A DNA stretch of 64,000 nucleotides. It comes from Lytechinus pictus (taxonomy: Eukaryota). Shown here piece after piece: positions 48,144 to 62,115 of the stretch (the stretch's first letter is position 1; the number at the start of each line of letters is the position of its first letter). The notes beneath the pieces were generated by a model that saw only the letters and a list, made by a program, of their open reading frames with translations, did not search any database and was not told where the DNA came from. The DNA is taken from assembly GCF_037042905.1 (NCBI RefSeq), contig NC_087251.1, positions 5,086,001-5,150,000 on the forward strand, written 5' to 3'. The position numbers and the translations under genes are program-made.

Positions 48144-48734
48144 CCCGGGGGGGGGGGGGGGGGGGGGGGGGGCACTTACATTGACAAGTGGATACCATGC
48201 GCGACCAAAAAAACATGTAAAAAGGATGTCTTTTTCAAGATAGGGCACGCTACGTACGTAACGTAATAAGGGTGTCAAAAACACTAAAATAATGAAAAAA
48301 AGTATTTATTTCGCTAGGAAAGCTACGTGCTTAGGGTCAGATTTGCGAGGGTATAAACACAGACTGAAATTAGGGATGTACTTTTTGCCCCGTCAACACT
48401 ACGTGTTGAGTCCGATTTGCACGAGGTGTGGGAGGTTGGGCCGTATACCCAATGATGTAGTAAAGGTAAAACCGACGACCGACATCCGTGCGGGCGTCTG
48501 TGGCTTAATTAAAATATCGCTGTACTTGTCTAGGGGTTCAATTCAGGGAATACTTGCCACGGGTATTGTTTTGTTCCCAATACTTGTTAAGGGTAGGGTT
48601 TCACACGCCAATACTTGTTAAGGGGTGCATTTTCAGAATAGGCCTATGGAAAATACGTGTTTAGGGTGCTTTTCGAGACCCCATGGTCGCGCATGGTATC
48701 CATCCGTCAATGGAAGTGCCCCCCCCCCCCCGGG
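48144..48734. mobile_element. Mutator/MULE-like MITE with poly-G/poly-C TIRs
   Basis: Perfect 9-bp TSD CCTTGGCTC (48135-48143, 48735-48743); TIR CCCGG(G)nCACTT.CATTGAC...GGATACCATGCGCGACCA. Confidence 0.8.
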
Positions 48735-50203
48735 CCTTGGCTCAATATCTCTTGTTTTGTAATTAATTTGTGTATTGTCAAAATATTACAGTAGAATTTT
48801 ATAAGACCCAAGGACATTGATAAAAGTGGTCTTTTTGAGCAGGTGGTGTTTATAGACAGGTCCCTACATGTTTCAGTGGGGAGCAAGGGTTTCAGTAGGT
48901 TTGGAGGGGCACATTCTGGGGAGATGGAACTATAAAGTGGTGTGGGGGTGCATAGGCCTATCTTTCGGAAGTGGAATTTTAGTTTGGAAAATCAGCTGTT
49001 GAAATCAGAAGAAGGGGTACAAATTTTGTTTTGCTTGCCAGTGTCGGAACTCCTCTGCCTCAGTGGGAGGGTGCACGTTTCTGAAAGAAAGAGAAATGAA
49101 TACAATATTCTAGGTTATCATGGGGTAGGATCCTTAGGATTACTAACAACGTGCGTTGATCCTACTAGAAATAATCGTACATTGAGTGAAACAATTGAAA
49201 ATGAAACAAACAGATAAATCTTTTGAGAGATTTCCTTCACTTCCTCTTTCGAGCCAGACTGGATAACATGCCAATGAACCTAAAGCTCTGATGTGAGTCA
49301 TAGGATGAGTTCCCGTGGTGTGTGGAAGTAATACAGCAGGGTATAAACAGAAAGATTTCGTCACTCTTCAGTCTTATGACGTTATTAGAGACAAACTCTC
49401 TCTAACTTTCCAGCCAATTTGACGTCAAGTTTTATTTTGATAGTTCTTTCATATCTTTGGCTCCTTTCTAATTTCTTTTCCAGAAATTCAGTATCGTTTA
49501 GTTTTTTGAGAGGGTAACATGGCATCGTGCCTCAAAAGTAATTTTCTTACTTTCTTCTTCAAATTCTCAATGTTAATATGGATTTATCATAGAGCTATCA
49601 TGGGTACAATATAAGCAAAATTAAAATACAGCAATTCAAAAAATATGTCAGGAAACAGATTTTAGGGATTTTGGCACACTCATTAGAAATTCGAGGACCC
49701 CTCGGTAGACCAGTTGCACCATGATTGATGCTGCTGAGTAGGGCCATCCTCCCGTTTTTTCATCAATTAACATGTATCGTTTTATATGTATTGTTATTTG
49801 TTTTTAACGGAAATAAATTCAATTCAATTCAATCCTTGGTGTGTATAATTTATATAAACAGGTGTGATTATATACAGATGAATATTTATAATAAAACTAT
49901 GAATATTTTGTATAATATTCTAATTTGTTAATGAAGGAAGACTAAAATAAGTATTAGCATTAATGAATTTCCACCCCCAAAACAATAAGTTTTGCCAAGC
50001 AAGCATCTCTGTAAATAGTCAAAATGATAATTGTCTTGAAAAAAGTGCACGTTAGGAAATTAGTTTATTTGAAACGAGTAATTTTTTTCCGTCATACATA
50101 TTTGTTAAGCTCTAAAGTTTCCTTGACACCATTTTTATCCAGACTTCTCAGTTTCCCAGAGAGCACATTTGAGCAAACTCCCATCTTCAAATCATTTTTC
50201 TCA

Positions 50204-50904
50204 TTTTTGTCTTGCCTGCATAGCAGAGTGAGACTATAGGCGCCACTTTTCCGACGGCGGCGGCAACGTCAAATCAAATCTTAACCGAAGGTTAAGTTTT
50301 TGAAATGTCACCATAACTTATAAAGTATATGGGCCTCGTTCATGAAACTTGAACATAATGGTTGTCAAATATTACTAAGCACCCTGCCAGAGTTTTGACG
50401 TCACGTGACCAAGGTCACCTTGGGTCAATGAACTTATGTTGAGGGAATCAAAATGAAATCTTTACCAAGGTTAAGTTTTTTAAATGTCATAACTCTGAAA
50501 GTATATGGATCTAGTTCATGAAACTTGGACAAAAGAGTAATCAAGCATCAGTGAACATCCTGCGTGAGTTTCAGGTCACATGACCAAGTTCAATGAACTT
50601 TGGTCACGTTGGGGGTATTTGTTGAATTGCCATCATAACTTTAAAAAGTTTATGGATTTAGTTCATGAAAGGTGGACTTAAGGGTAATCCAGTATCACTG
50701 ATCGTCTGGCACAAGTCTTCTGTCACACAATCAGGTGCACACGATCAAGGTCAAATGTCATTTAGGGTCAATTAACATAGTATTTTATCATCATATGAAT
50801 AGTGTTAATTGTAAATGATTATTCTATATTCAATTTCAAAGTCGGCACTGCTGTTACATTACATCGCGTAATGCAGGCGAGACTGCCAGAGGTGCTCCAC
50901 TTGT
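50204..50904 (+). mobile_element. Helentron/HINE-type element with tandem units
   Basis: Sub-TIR GTCTTGCCTGCA / TGCAGGCGAGAC, (CGG)n leader, TT flanks; same family as 62116-63030. Confidence 0.72.
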
Positions 50905-53875
50905 TTTTTAAAGCTCTTTACTAAATTTCTTCTACATTAAATAAAGTTTTTGTGTCTTTTTCTTGATGAATTTTGACAAGTTGTATATCATGTATTTAAC
51001 TTAGGATTTTGATTCATTTTAGGTAAGTTATTGTGGGTTTTGAGTTGGGGTCACCTTTAATAAGTTAAGGGACAGAGAGTTTCACAGTTCAGTATGTTGA
51101 CACTCACCTGATTGCCTATGAGAAGGGAGTCATTGTCCCAAATTAGAATAGGTACTGTAGGTTTGCTGTTTGAAACTATGGTTGATACATATATTCTGTA
51201 TCAAGTGCACTTACTGCGCTTAATCCATTAATGGGCTTGAATCATAGCAACAAGCATGCAACGAGCACCCTTTGACCAAAGCCTGCATTCACTATTGGAC
51301 CTCTAAGATGTTCATTACATATTAAAGCTGCATATAATGTGATTTTTATACCATTTGTGAATTTGGGGAATGTTGTTTCTTTATGACATGGTATCATGCT
51401 TTCAATGTCCAATAAAAAATTGAGGGTCTTATACAATCTTCTAACTCTTCATTAGGCCTGCATATTTTGTTATGTTGTTGTTGCATACATCTTTAATAAA
51501 AGTACACCAGAACTTTCCATGGAGGCTCTAGGTAGATTAATACCAAAAGTCAGAGCTATGTTTACTTGTTGTTTACAGCAGGAATCCTGCTTTCCACTCC
51601 CCAAATTTATCCATGGACAGAAGAATCAGGATTAAGAAAACTGCTGTGAAATGCTACACCCTGTGAAGATTTGGACGCGACTTTTAATAAGGTACTTTGT
51701 CTATTGAGTCACAGGTTTAAGGAATTTGAGTCCTTTAAATAAATAATCGCTGATGTGGTTTAAGGTACACCATGTGGAGTGTTATAGAAACAGTGGATAG
51801 AAGAAGAAAAATAAATGGATAGGCGAGAATGTGGAAATTTTTGAGAATAGAGTAATCTTTCTTGAATGTAGTCCTGAAAAGGACTGTAAACCAGAAGAGA
51901 TTGATGAGTTGAAACAGCTTTAGTAGTAGGATGGATAAATGAATAGATCTTGTTCATCATCATGAAGGTCATTATCACCTTTAACTTGTAATATGGCTAT
52001 TTGAGTTTGAATACCATGCGGCAGTGACATGTGACAAAAGACTTGTTGGCCTTAGACAGCCTTGCAGATGTGTCTGTCATAGAGAGCTCTGGCTCAAGAT
52101 CTAGATCGGGGGTTTAATCCTCGCTGCCAGAACTAGATCAATATCAGAAACAGAAGAAGTGCCTGGGAAAAGGGGAACTCCCATCAGGTCTATTCACACC
52201 TACCATTTAATGTGAAAATACTTGCACACTCTTTCAGTTCTCAAATTCCTTAATAAGCACATGTGCTCATCTTTGGCCAATTCAAACTAGGTAAAGTTCA
52301 AGTATTTTTGCTTTTCTGTTATAAAGATTGCATAATTTACTTGCATCACACCTCTTATTTGATAAAAAAAAACCTTGTATGATTTGATTTAACACTGCAA
52401 ATACCCCCACACCTTAAAGAATCCCTACAAACCAGGGTAAGTGTGTGTGTGTGAGGGGGTGGGGGTTGGGTATGAATACTCTACTCACATTAATGGAATA
52501 CCTGGTATTTGCCCTGATTGGGGAGTTATGTATATATGCTTGTTAATTTATGGATGGAAAATGTACATTGTCAATGTCATTCAGATCATACTATGACCAA
52601 CAGAGTGTTAGGAACTACGAAGACATGGAGATTAACCACTTAAAAGAACAAATCCTTCTTTATGTCTGGAATGAATGATTGATCACATTGTCATAACTGA
52701 ATATCTAGCAAGGATTTTATTTTCATTTTTCCTTTTAAATCATTAAGAGCCTTGGGAATTTGTTTCTAAAAAGAAGTTTCCAGAAGGATGTGGCTATAAT
52801 TGTCTTGTCCATAGAATCCCGTAGTCCTTGACATCCAATCAAAGAGCTCAAACTTCCCTTGATGACTTAAGCTCAAAGAATCATCTGGTTGCTTTGTCAA
52901 GTACCAGGTCAGCAAATGGACAGGCCAGCCAAGGGACTACCTGCCCATAAATTATCCATGATACTGGACAGAAGTAATTTGCATTCTTTAAAAATAATGT
53001 TGCATATTTTGTCAAGATAGTCAAAGAGTCTTCATGTTCATCACAGAGGTACATGTCTGTATATGATTCATTCCAACATTGCCATCTCAATAGACCTTTC
53101 AATTCTGAAATCACAAAGAACTATAGAAAACAACTATGTGAGAGTCATACAAGGTATCCTTGAACACCTAGGTGGAGAGTTGTCAATGTGAATTAATCAT
53201 TGCCTTTACCAGTTACAAAATCACTTTGAATCTTTCCCTGAATATTAGATTAACTGTGTGTTTACTGTCATTGCTTCAAGAAATCAGCTCCTGGAAGTGG
53301 AGTATGTTCTGTACTGTGCAGAGTCAAGCTAAAATGAAATGACTGTCAGCTTTCAATTAATGTTAAGAGATGTATGCTCCTCATGTTTTGAAATGCTATA
53401 GTATTTTTTTATCATCACCATAATCATAATCAACTACATCACTATTGAATGACAAAGACAATATGTATATATCAAGGTTTCCATATTCATGACATTATTT
53501 TGGGGTTGATGAAAAAATCCAAGGGGCGTAGGAGGTGATATTGTTCGGATTAATAAATTAACAATGCCCTTCATGAGCAGCCAGGAGTGCTTGCATATTT
53601 ATCCTCATTTAAACCCTAATTTTTGCATATCATCTAAGATTTAAGTCGCCTAAGATTAAATCAATTATCCGGGAGATTAGATAGTTTGCACGAAGGTGGG
53701 AGTGATAACCCAGAACAAGTGACTTGTAAATCTTTGAGAATTTTATCTTTGACAGCTGATACAGAGGTGTATACTGAGACTATGATTTTTTGAAAGGCAG
53801 ACATTCAGAAGATTGTTGCGAAATAAGGAGAAATAGTGTTTATTGGTCTGGTGACTAGACTTTATTCAAAATGAT

Positions 53876-54320
53876 GACCCTGTTCTCAATACTTTCTTAA
53901 ACTGGTCTCCCATAAACCAGTTTAGGAAACCAGTTTAGAAGATCGCTTTGCTAGCATCCTCATCACCATCTCCTGAACTGGTTTCCAGAATTTCTTCATG
54001 TAAAGTGGTCTTCTTGCTATGGAAATGCTCTCAGTTAACATTTGAAACCACAGGACAGGTATTCTACACACAGTATCGCGCCTAACATGCACACACTCTC
54101 GTACTTCTGTGCGGAGATCGCTTCCTGTAGAAAAACTGTGTCATCTACACTTCAACCAGTTTAATGAGGCAAAATAGTCTTGAGAACCACATCGGGAGGT
54201 GGATTTCTAAACTGGTTTGGAAGACCACTTGAGATCAGTTCCAAGACTGCTTTGAGCATTCCCATTGTATTAGACTAAACTGGTTTCCCCTAGACTAAGG
54301 ACATAATTAAGAATGGGGTC
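53876..54320. mobile_element. MITE with AAACTGGTTT internal motifs (related copy ~54994-55536)
   Basis: GACCCTGTTCT / AGAATGGGGTC ends; the internal sequence aligns with ~55140-55536. Confidence 0.5.
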
Positions 54321-54587
54321 TAATTTCTCATGGATGATGGTGTTGCTCTATCTTGTCGTGTCTACCCCAGAAATATTTAAAAATCGGGACATTGGTAATT
54401 GCTTTCCAGAACCCATTGTTCATAGACCATGCAATTCAAAACAAAAAATATCACAATAAAAATATTTCATTATTTCCTCCAGCATGTTTTGATGGATGTC
54501 AGCCAGAATATAGTGCACAGCAAATCTACAAATGGTAGAGTCCAGTCACGAACAAAATGACTGTGTATAAAATATTATGGTAATGTA

Positions 54588-54669
54588 TGTAAACTTAGGG
54601 TGTGTAAGTTATCAGTTGTCTATGGTCTATGTAAACTTAGGGTGTGTAAGTTATCAGTTGTCTATGGTC
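54588..54669. repeat. Exact ~42-bp tandem duplication
   Basis: TATGTAAACTTAGGGTGTGTAAGTTATCAGTTGTCTATGGTC twice. Confidence 0.85.
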
Positions 54670-56128
54670 CTATTAGTAAAAAAAGGAGCTACACAATAAG
54701 ATTCAGAATTGAGAAGCAAATGAAGTTTATTGCCTTTCATGTATGGCACTGACAAGAGCATATTCATAAAATTACTGCAGCTTTTTGCTGATATGTGGGA
54801 TATATGAATAGGCAATAGGTAAATTGTAGTTTCTGTAATTGCTTACCATAATCTAAAGCTCCAGTTACATATGCGTTGAAAGTGCACTAAAGCGTGCGCT
54901 GGAGGCGGCTTCACGTATATGTAACATCCCCATTTTTAAAAAGCCGGACTAACTCCGTCTCAAACTGATGTGGTTCATTTTCCTTCTTGCACAAGACTGT
55001 CATCTACACTTTAGATGTGTAACAAGTTAAAGAGGTCTTAAAAACTTGTGAGGTTAGTTTTACAAACTGATATGAAAGACCACTTAAAATTGCTTCTAAG
55101 ACCACTTCGAGCATTCTCATTAGGCATTTAAGTGGCTTCCACTGACATAGTTTCCACTGAGCTGGTTTCCAGAACCACTCCAAGTAAAGCAGTCTTGTTG
55201 CTATGGGAACCCTGTCTGTGTGGTCACACGTTTTGCCAAAAATTTGAAACTGCCGTGTGAGTATTTTACACACAGATTGTACAGAGAAGCACGCCCGACA
55301 CGCACACACTTGTATTTTTGTGCGAAGATCGCTTCCTGAAGAATGGTTGTGTCCTCACCTATGCTTAAAGCAGTTTAACAAGACAAAGTGTTCTTAAAAA
55401 ACATATCGTGAGGTGGTTTTCCAAACTGGTTTGGATGACCACTAATATTGCTTTCAACTCCAATTCCAATGTGCCCATTACACATTAAACTGGTTTCCAC
55501 TACACTATTTTAAGAAAGTAAATGATAATGGTGTCTAATTGCCTTATTCAAAATTTGGTTGAAGTGATATAAAAAGTTCAGAACAAAGACCAGTCTATGA
55601 AAATAAGATTGTTGAAATATGCTTTAGAAAATGAAATTAAGAAATGTACTAGTGGCTTGAAACGAATTTGTTTCTATCCAGTTGAAGAAAACAAATCTTC
55701 AATTCTTTTTAAAGCTAGCATTGCCTGTCTTCTTCTACCGTTAGTTTCAGATGTTGAATCATCTCTGATGTGTCAAAGACAGGCTTTCTCCTAGATTATA
55801 GACTCTGATCAAACCATCCTTGACCTAAAATTATAGCAATACTTGAGAATGGTAGACAAAGAGACAGTCATTAGATTGAGATGAATCAGCCGAACATACT
55901 CTCCTGGATGTACACGTGTGCAGGTGGAAAGAGGAGAATGATGAGGACCAGATTTCCAGGGGCCTGTCAAAGAAAATCAAGCATGATTCTAGCCTAATTT
56001 TCAACCAATCAGGACTCTATGCTTGGCACTTTTGCTCGATATTTGTTTTTAATCAAATGTAACTCTGTTTGCAATAAGCACGAGAATATTACTACATAAA
56101 ATTTTACAATGTACATGATGTTATCCAG

Positions 56129-56911
56129 GGGCCGTATTCTCAAAATTGTCTTAAGAGAAATATTCTTGTATCTTTGGAGTTACAATAAAATCCATATTCT
56201 GAAAATTCTTGTATCTTTCCTTGTAAATTTTCTTGTAACTTTCACTGAGCGCGTATGATGTCAGAGCTATAATGATGCGTAAGTTAAAAACGGCGCCTAA
56301 ATATCTATGTGCGCAAGATAACATATCGAGATAAAAGGTATTCTGAAAATTCTCTTATCTTTGCGTTCTGTTTACTTCCTTGCAAAAATACAAGAAAATT
56401 TACAAGAGGTAGGGGGCTATTGTAACTTAATGTTGCATGCGATATTTCTCGATCAAAAATAATAATTTCTTGCTGCATCCCACAAGAACATCATGTTTTA
56501 CTGCAGGAGACATTCCAAAGATATTACAGAGACGGATTGGTAGACTTTTCAGCAATTAAAAATTGGTATTCGAGATGATGAATCTTTTCAAAGAAAATAT
56601 GACTCTGAGATCAGCCACGTGTATTTTTAGCACAGTGGCGCACATGCATAAGGGTCGAGGGCACAAGGGAAATACGCCTGCGGCCTCATGTCAACAATGC
56701 GCTTAAAATTAATATTCAGAAGAGACACTTCTATTGGTTGGCCTAAGCATATAACAACTTTAATGATTTGTTGATGACAGAATATTGGGCATGTCATAGA
56801 TAAAATAGGGGAGATAAGACAATTTTCAGAATACCAATTTAAGATAATTTTAGCGAGCCGTTATCTTGCTGAGTTACAAGAAAAGTTCAGACAATTTTCA
56901 GAATACCACCC
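56129..56911. mobile_element. PIF/Harbinger-like MITE
   Basis: CAG TSD; TIR GGGCCGTATTCTCAAAATTGTCT / AGACAATTTTCAGAATACCACCC; ends related to 21668-22422. Confidence 0.72.
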
Positions 56912-57168
56912 CAGGCCATTAGCACCTATTTTGTAGACTGTTTCCTGAGCATAAAAGTACAAATTATTGTAATGTGATTTAATGGTCTCATATTCACCTG
57001 TGAATGTAGAGCTTTAAACTGAGGAAATTAGCATGTGACTTGTATGAAATTGCCAGTGTCGATTCCCGATATTCAACTACAAAGAAATGCTTTATAATCA
57101 TAGTTACATACAGTGTAAATGAAGACTGATAATTTCTGGCTTCACTTTGTCAATTGAATGTCATAAAT

Positions 57169-57230
57169 GAGAGAGAGAGAGAGAGAGAGTGGGGAGGGGG
57201 TTAGAGATGGAGAGAGAGAGAGAGAGAGAT
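57169..57230. repeat. (GA)n microsatellites
   Basis: Direct reading. Confidence 0.8.
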
Positions 57231-60200
57231 GAGGGGATGAAAAGTGAGAGATACATACTAAAACATAAACATTTATTTGAGTCTTTATTTGTGGGATCTT
57301 AGCAGTCACATGAGATATTCTGCTGCTTATCATGTGTATGGGGAAATCTTCACAGAAGAGATTTAATGTGATAGAAACAGTATAGTATTACTCCAGGTCA
57401 ATTGATTGAGCTTTGGGTTTGAATTGATCATGACCAGAGATTATATATTTAAAAAAATTAGTTCAAAAAATCAGAAGCAGATGGATCCATATTTTGTCAT
57501 CCATGATTACCCCTGAAATAGTAGCATTGAACTATAAGTCGACATATGAGCTAATCTCAACTCCGCTTAATCAAATTAGGAAAAGGGATATTCTTTTTGA
57601 GAGGGTTCTAAAGAAATTAGAAGAAAATTTGTACAGCGTCCTTGACATCCAATTAAAACGGGACCTAGGACCCTGGACAAGTGACGCGATGACAGATCAT
57701 CAGGTCTGATTCTAGATCCTAGAGCTTATAGTGTAGAATTTGCACCCTTTGGTATTATATGTGTTAAGAAGAGTCAGCAGACAGGAAGCAGACTTGGCCA
57801 CTGCCCTTACTTTAGCATAGAGGAGAAGATTGATTTTCTTTTATATTGATTCTATCATATTTTTTCTGAAGATGAATTTGTTCCCTGACTGATGGAATGT
57901 AGGAGCTCAGTCACTTAGTCCCTTTATAAAGCCTAGGTTGTATTCAATCAATGCCATTTAACTCTATAAACACAGTTTTCATAGACATTCACCCAAATAG
58001 GTTGGTTTTTAAACTATGGCTTACTCAGATTTCTAGCATTAATATTTCATATTATAAAATACAGTAGAATTAATGAGTTAGTGATATCATCCCTTCCCTT
58101 ATTTTCATACTGCAAAACGTATGTGTCGATTCTTGAAAGGTGTATCTGCAGAACCATTGGTTTTTACAAATGTATTGAATACAGCAGATATCTTGATCAT
58201 AATTCCACAGTAGGTTTCTTTCCAGTTCAGACTTGTATTACATGCATTCCCAGTTGACCTTTACTTCTGTTCAAATTCACTGATCTGTGATGTGCTGTGG
58301 ATAGACTTGAAAAGTAAGAGAAAAGGTGCTGATTTAGTGTCCTCTCTTGAAGTAACAATGCTATGTATCAGTATCATGTTTTAATTTGTGAGTGAGATTT
58401 ATGTATTTTAATCTTGCTTCGGAAAGTCAATTGAACTCACTCCTAGAGAAGGCTTGGTCATTATCTGACAGTATTGTCTTTGACATGTCGCCATACAGTA
58501 AGCTGGTAAAATGTTTATTTGACATGAAAAAGATAAATGTGCTGCATTGGTAAATTGGTGTTCTTTATTTCAGATGCATGAACAGGAAATGTTTGAATTT
58601 GCACAAAGAAGTCATTGTATTATTAGCAGTGCATATGCATTCTTAGCAATGATAGTTGTGAATAAGATGTAATTTTGAATAAAATGCACAAAGTAATTTA
58701 AATAGTGCTTTGACAAGATGACATACAGGTTTATCTTTTTAAAACTTAGATATTACTTTGAAACAATAATTATCTTCATCATCATCGTCATCATCACCAC
58801 CATCGTACTCACCGTCACGATCATCTCAATCAAAATAAGAAACATAGTTTTTTTCAGTTGATACTATATTCTTCCCCCTTCCCAATGCCCCCATTACTTA
58901 GTCATCCTTCTGTCTAGGTCACTGACATCAGTAGACCCATCAGTGTTTTGGGTGGGATTAGATCATGATGACATGATTGAAATTATGCTAATCTAACACA
59001 TTTCTTCTTTCCTTGCTTAGATAAATATGAGAAGAAAATGAAAACCTTAATTCCTTATCCATGCAGTAAACCATCTTACACATAGTATTTATCAGATCAT
59101 CAACATGGATCATTTGAAGGGCAGCTGATCTTGGCTTATTTCCTCCACAAAGTTTTTATGGTATCATTTCTCACAGATTGACACAGCAGATATAGCATTC
59201 CTCTCTTAAATTCTGTAAATCTTGTGACTTAGTTTCTCATGATTTTGTAACATTGCTTTGCACATTCATGTTTCTATTTTGTTGAAGGGTGCCCTGTGTT
59301 ATCTATTATCACAGAAGATGTTATCATTTACTTATGTTGGGATCCTTGTTTATGTCTTTGTTTTTGTTTGTTTTTATTTTCATATGAAAAATAATATAAT
59401 TAAACATAATAATATATCATAATACCATAAATAAAATACATGACAATCAAGAAAATATTTGCAGTGGAGAATAGCCCATTTCAGAGATATTTACAAAATG
59501 TCACTGTTCTTCCATGGGGTCCTAATTAAAAAAAACATGTAAGATTGAAAATTAAAGTGGATCACAAAACACAAAACAATAACCAACTTAGTGATTGAAC
59601 AAAATAAAAGCAGAAAACATTCCAGGACAAAATAATATGTCATGCAACAAACGATCATGATCCATATATGTGTGATTTAAAGGACTGAATCATTAAAGAA
59701 TGATAAGATGGGAAGGTAACTATATAAATGTCTTTTTACAATTAAATGTTTTGGTTTAGGAGGACTGGCTCGCGTGAAAGTGTGGAGACTCATGATAAGA
59801 TTGTCTCATGCTACAATCTAGTTTTTAAAAATGATAACAAAGATCATCTCATCGCAATGACTTAAAAATGACTCGAAACCTTGAAGGAAAGGAGTTGTTG
59901 GCCAGGCTATTTCTCTGACAACCCTGGTTAAGTTTTAGTTCAGTCAATTTATGTTGGTATGCCTTGTGACATAGTAGGAATGATGATTTTAGATTTGGGT
60001 AAGAATTTTTAGATTGATAGTATTCTCCAGAAACACAAGAATAGAGAATTCACAGCTCCTAGAAAGGAAGGTAAGGAAGTTCTAGTGACGCTGCACTGAA
60101 ACTGTTACAGTTGGCTGGCTCTAATAGTGTTAATTTGATGGGAAAGTGTTGGGGAACGATACATTAGGTCATTGACACCAGTGCCATGTCAGTTGGGTTC

Positions 60201-60522
60201 ATTAACCCTCTCTTCTGTAGACATTGGCTTTCATAATATGGTATGCAATAATGATCATGATTTCTTTATATAGGATGTACAACTTCTGGGGTTTTAATGA
60301 AAATACTATGTGTGAGTAGTATCTGTGGTACATCGCCTGTTCGTAAAAGGAATCAAGAAAATAAAAATATTAACAGATTATTATAGTGCGAATGAATAAT
60401 GTATTAATCATATACCGTATATGTATTTTATTATATACATTTCTATTGATTTAAAAAATACATTCCCTCCAATTTTTTTGGAAAAGTTTTCCTGTGAAGT
60501 ATGTGTATTTAGCGGATTGTAG

Positions 60523-60820
60523 TAATAATATTATAAATAATTATAGTATATTTACCCAGGGTAGCCATGTCAGTACCTAAAACTGTTCTCCCAGTGGGCC
60601 CTCCTATTATAATTACCCTGGCTTCAGCTTTGCTACGTGTACCTAGGCGCTCAAGCATTCACAAGGAATTTCTTCCTACCGGGTAACCATTCACCTCACC
60701 TGGGTTGAGTGCAGCACGATGTGGGTAAATTTCTTGCTGCAGGAAAACACACTATGGCTAGGAGTTAAACCCAAGTCCCTCAGATCGAAAGATGAGACCC
60801 CTAGACCCCGGTGCCCCCAC
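60523..60820 (-). mobile_element. tRNA-derived SINE, diverged relative of 25809-26091
   Basis: The reverse complement shares CCTAGCCAT.G.GTGTTTTCCT.CAGCAAGAAATTTA and GCTGCACTC.ACCCAGGTGAGGT.AATGG. Confidence 0.72.
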
Positions 60821-61122
60821 ATATTCCATCAGAAGCCCTGTTACTTCCTTTCAAATTATAACAATTAGACACTTTCTAATTGATTAGTATTGGTTAATTG
60901 AATAAAGGCTTGGGCAAGTTATGTTTAGGATGGTAGTTGAGAGGGCAGAATTCTGAAATCTATGTATTGAGCAGAATTCAAAGAAGTATTGACCAATGAC
61001 TTATTCATAAAGAAATCAAAACACTTCTTGATGAAGCACCTTTCATAATCCATGTCTTCCCAATGAATTAGCTCACTAGATTATCATTATGAACAAAATA
61101 TTGAAAATTATTCCCATAAAAC

Positions 61123-61776
61123 AATTATATAATATTGACTTGAGGGGAACATCAAATATGTCACCTGCAAAAGAATCATATTGGCCCAAGTCTTTAGACG
61201 AGGGCAATATGGTTCTTTTAAGGGCGACATATTTGATGTTTCCCGAAAGAAGAGCCAGTCAATATTATTATTATTACCTAAGGCTGTACAATGTGTAATT
61301 CAAGCTACAATTTGGAACAATTTATATGCCTGATTAATTGCTTATCACTACTTCTGATTTCATGTTCACGACCTTAGCGAAGTAAACCTTTAAAAAGCAA
61401 TTGTGACGTAATTGTTACCTTGCAGTCGTACATCATGCATGGCGTGCACATACACTCAACGTGTAGAAATCTTTTGCTTGGGTTACATTTGTGTATGCAC
61501 TGGCCGCGCCACGCATTATCTACAATGCGTTGGTTCATAAACTGGTTCCAGCCAGATTTCTGAAATACTGAAATTAGCGATCGAAATCGGCTCCTACTGC
61601 GCAAGCGCACTAGCAGAAATATGGCCAATATTGCCCTCTATTTTGTACAGGATTTCTATGGGCAAAGCCTGGGGAGGGCAACATGGCAAATGTTTACCTC
61701 GTTGGTCTCGGATTTAAAGTAGCGAGCGAAATATGACTTTTATTTATCTCCTAAAATGCCTTGTATAGGTAATAAT
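61123..61776 (-). mobile_element. Non-autonomous Crypton-like element
   Basis: Left ~145-bp palindrome with the same architecture as 15110-15265. The right ~200 bp is highly similar to 17085-17256 and ends CCTTGTATAGGTAATAAT. No YR ORF. Confidence 0.78.
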
Positions 61777-62115
61777 TCAGAATAATGACCGGGGGGTACA
61801 CCCTACACCCCGCAAGTTCTGGTTTTTAGTTGGATATTCCGTTTCAATTTTATGCTTTTGAAAAATTCACATACATGACTGTATTGAAAGTGGGAAAAAT
61901 AAGCAAAATAGATTATTCTTAACCAGAATAATTTAATAAATAGGTGCATATGAACTTTATAAGGAATCCAGTGATGTACCCATGTCATATACAAAGTAAG
62001 TTGTAGAGGGGATGATATGAAGATATGATATATAGTATTAAATTCCATATGAAGAAAGAAAAGAAAAAGTTATAAATCTAAAGGAATCTTGAGATTGAAC
62101 AAGATATTTTACTCA

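Noticed and set aside
58573..58670. Next ERMARD exon after ttatttcag
   Set aside because: The required phase gives an early stop and no similarity to the expected C-terminus.
59700..60420. Old minus-strand LINE remnant
   Set aside because: No convincing motif could be reconstructed by eye.
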